62,523 nucleotides of DNA from Limisphaerales bacterium (GTDB lineage: Bacteria > Verrucomicrobiota > Verrucomicrobiia > Limisphaerales > SIBE01), in the NCBI GenBank assembly GCA_044225505.1, contig JBGAIN010000007.1, forward strand, positions 62,001 to 124,523, read 5' to 3'. The translations under genes and the position numbers were made by a program. Below the pieces are notes generated by a model. It searched no databases and was not told the origin of the DNA. It saw nothing but the letters and a program-made list of their open reading frames with translations. Numbering within the stretch: position 1 is the stretch's first letter; the number at the start of each line of letters is the position of its first letter. This document shows, one piece after another, positions 60,375-62,523 of the stretch.

Positions 60375-62523
60375 ATGATTGATGCCCGTGACGCTGTTGT
60401 CGCCGCTCCTTCGACCCAGACCCCTCGCCGTTCCGGCGCCAAATCGGCCAGCCGATCCGCCCGCAACGCCAGTACTTCCCAAAACCTGGCGATGGAACGG
60501 GTTTTTAGCGATGCGAAGGTAAATCCGTTCGATGAAGTGCAATGGGAGCAGCGGACGGCGGAGATCACGGACGATGGTGGAAAAGTGATCTTTAAACAGG
60601 AAGCGGTTGAAGTTCCTAAAACCTGGTCGGTCCTGGCCACGAAGGTCGTGGTCTCAAAATACTTTTATGGAGAGCAGAACACTCCCGAACGCGAGACTTC
60701 CGTTCGCCAACTGATTCACCGCGTATCGCGCACAATAGCGGATTGGGGAATTCGGGATGGCTATTTCACGCCGGAGGACGGCGAGGTCTTTTACAACGAG
60801 TTGACCTGGCTATGCGTCAACCAGTATGGCGCGTTCAACTCGCCGGTTTGGTTTAACGTTGGTCTTTATCACCAGTACCATGTCGGAAAGGATTCCGGGC
60901 GCGGCAACTGGTTTTACAACCGCAAGAAAGGCGAAGCCGAACGGGCAGCCACCCAATATGAATACCCGCAAGGAAGTGCCTGCTTCATTCAGTCAGTCGA
61001 CGACAATATGGAGAGCATCATGAATCTCGCCTATAGCGAGGCGATGCTTTTCAAGTACGGTTCTGGCACTGGCACGGATCTCTCCCCGATTCGGTCGAGC
61101 AAGGAAAAGCTCAGCGGTGGCGGTCGGCCGAGCGGTCCATTGTCCTTCCTTAAGGTTTATGATCAGGTGGCCAATGTCGTGAAGTCTGGGGGCAAGACCC
61201 GCCGTGCCGCCAAGATGAATACCCTGCGTGATTGGCACGGAGATATCGAAGAGTTTATCGATGCCAAACAACGCGAGGAGAAGAAAGCCTGGGCGCTAAT
61301 CGAGCAAGGCTACAGCGGTTCTTACAACGGCGACGCCTATGGCAGCGTGATGTATCAAAATGAAAACCTTTCCGTCCGCATTAGCGATGCGTTCATGGAA
61401 GCTGCCTTGGCCGGACAAGAATGGTGGACTCGGACGGTCACCACAGGAAAACCTCTGGAGAAGAAGGATGCCCGCGGCTTGCTCAACAAGATCGCTGAAG
61501 GCACCTGGATTTGCGGCGACCCTGGCCTCCAGTACGATGGGCCCATTCAGAAATGGCACACGTGCAAAGGCACCGAACCGATTCATTCGACCAATCCCTG
61601 CTCCGAGTACGTGTTTCTCAATAACACGGCCTGCAACCTGGCTTCGTTGAACCTGATGAAGTTCAAGCGTGCGGACGGTGTATTTGATGTCGAACGGTTC
61701 AAAGCTGCCGTCCGCATTTTTATCACCGCCCAGGAAATCCTGGTCGACAACGCGAGCTACCCAACCAAGGAAATCGCCGAGAACTCGCACATTTATCGCA
61801 CGCTCGGTTTGGGCTACGCTAATCTGGGGTCGTTGATCATGAGCTATGGCTTGCCGTACGACTCCGACGGGGCGCGGGCGTTGGCGGGAGCGATCACGGC
61901 GGTGCTGACGGGCCATTCCTATGAACAATCCGCGGAGATCGCACGCGTTACCGGGCCGTTCCAAGGGTATCGCGACGCGCGCTGCGCCCACGTTACCAAG
62001 CCGCTGCAAACGGATAACGTCAGTTCGATGCTCGGCGTGATGAAGCTTCACCGCGCTGCGGTCGAAAGCATTCAACCGGATCAAGAATTTGGATTCTTAA
62101 AAGAAGAAGCACGCCGTTGTTGGGATCGGGCCCTGGAGAGCGGGACCAAGCACGGTTACCGCAACGCGCAAGTCACGGTGCTCGCACCGACCGGCACGAT
62201 CGCATTCCTCATGGACTGCGACACGACCGGTGTGGAGCCGGACATTGCGTTGGTCAAATACAAATTGCTGGCCGGCGGCGGCATGTTGAAGATTGTCAAT
62301 CGCACGGTGCCGGAAGCGTTGCAGCGCCTCGGTTATAGCGCGGAAGAGATCCAAAAGATTGAAGCGCACGTGGAAAAGTTCGACACGATCGAAGATGTCG
62401 AAGAGGAAGGCAGTGCGGTTCGGTGCGGACTCAAGCCGGAACACCTGGCCGTGTTTGATTGCGCATTCAAAGCATATCGTGGCAAACGGAGCATTCATTA
62501 CTTGGCGCACCTGCAAATGATGG
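60375..62523 (+). CDS. nrdJ: Vitamin B12-dependent (class II) ribonucleotide reductase, running off the right edge
   Basis: Translated by hand because it is absent from the ORF track. ATG 60375, VVVSKYF, FNSPVWFNVG, PQGSACFI, KSGGKTRRAAKM, TNPCSEY, ACNLASLN and APTGTI. Confidence 0.95.
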   Translation, partial: MIDARDAVVAAPSTQTPRRSGAKSASRSARNASTSQNLAMERVFSDAKVNPFDEVQWEQRTAEITDDGGKVIFKQEAVEVPKTWSVLATKVVVSKYFYGEQNTPERETSVRQLIHRVSRTIADWGIRDGYFTPEDGEVFYNELTWLCVNQYGAFNSPVWFNVGLYHQYHVGKDSGRGNWFYNRKKGEAERAATQYEYPQGSACFIQSVDDNMESIMNLAYSEAMLFKYGSGTGTDLSPIRSSKEKLSGGGRPSGPLSFLKVYDQVANVVKSGGKTRRAAKMNTLRDWHGDIEEFIDAKQREEKKAWALIEQGYSGSYNGDAYGSVMYQNENLSVRISDAFMEAALAGQEWWTRTVTTGKPLEKKDARGLLNKIAEGTWICGDPGLQYDGPIQKWHTCKGTEPIHSTNPCSEYVFLNNTACNLASLNLMKFKRADGVFDVERFKAAVRIFITAQEILVDNASYPTKEIAENSHIYRTLGLGYANLGSLIMSYGLPYDSDGARALAGAITAVLTGHSYEQSAEIARVTGPFQGYRDARCAHVTKPLQTDNVSSMLGVMKLHRAAVESIQPDQEFGFLKEEARRCWDRALESGTKHGYRNAQVTVLAPTGTIAFLMDCDTTGVEPDIALVKYKLLAGGGMLKIVNRTVPEALQRLGYSAEEIQKIEAHVEKFDTIEDVEEEGSAVRCGLKPEHLAVFDCAFKAYRGKRSIHYLAHLQMM

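Overview
A GC-rich (roughly 55-60%) chromosomal scaffold segment, probably from a PVC-superphylum bacterium (Verrucomicrobiota-like, inferred from gene content only). It has two assembly gaps (37333-37341 and 55384). The left arm holds glycan-related and hypothetical genes (ThuA-like, DUF1801, ceramidase-like/Asp-box fusion, DUF2961/GH172, DUF2200). Next is a two-gene SOS cassette: lexA plus one 1438-aa protein fusing a motif-intact Y-family DinB to a DnaE2-type C-family polymerase, preceded by a palindrome over the lexA promoter. About 38 kb is a single 12,699-aa LEPR-XLL-type surface protein with beta-helix repeats, PA14, about 14 CARDB domains, Ig repeats, propellers, two dockerins and a very long YD/RHS shell. 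Its RHS core is internal and is followed by a toxin-like domain and an HExxH protease. This gene is translationally coupled to a cohesin-like, PEP-CTERM-like protein that is frameshifted by a 95-bp duplication. A second paralogous giant gene starts at 55520 with the same conserved upstream element but disappears into the gap that also truncates argH. The right arm holds a Gfo/Idh/MocA oxidoreductase, an FN3/DUF642-like protein, a GH29 fucosidase and nrdJ with NrdR boxes. Three non-coding 11-bp-period mirror arrays were also found, two of them about 175 bp from a shared motif. All family assignments come from motif recognition by eye; no searches were run.
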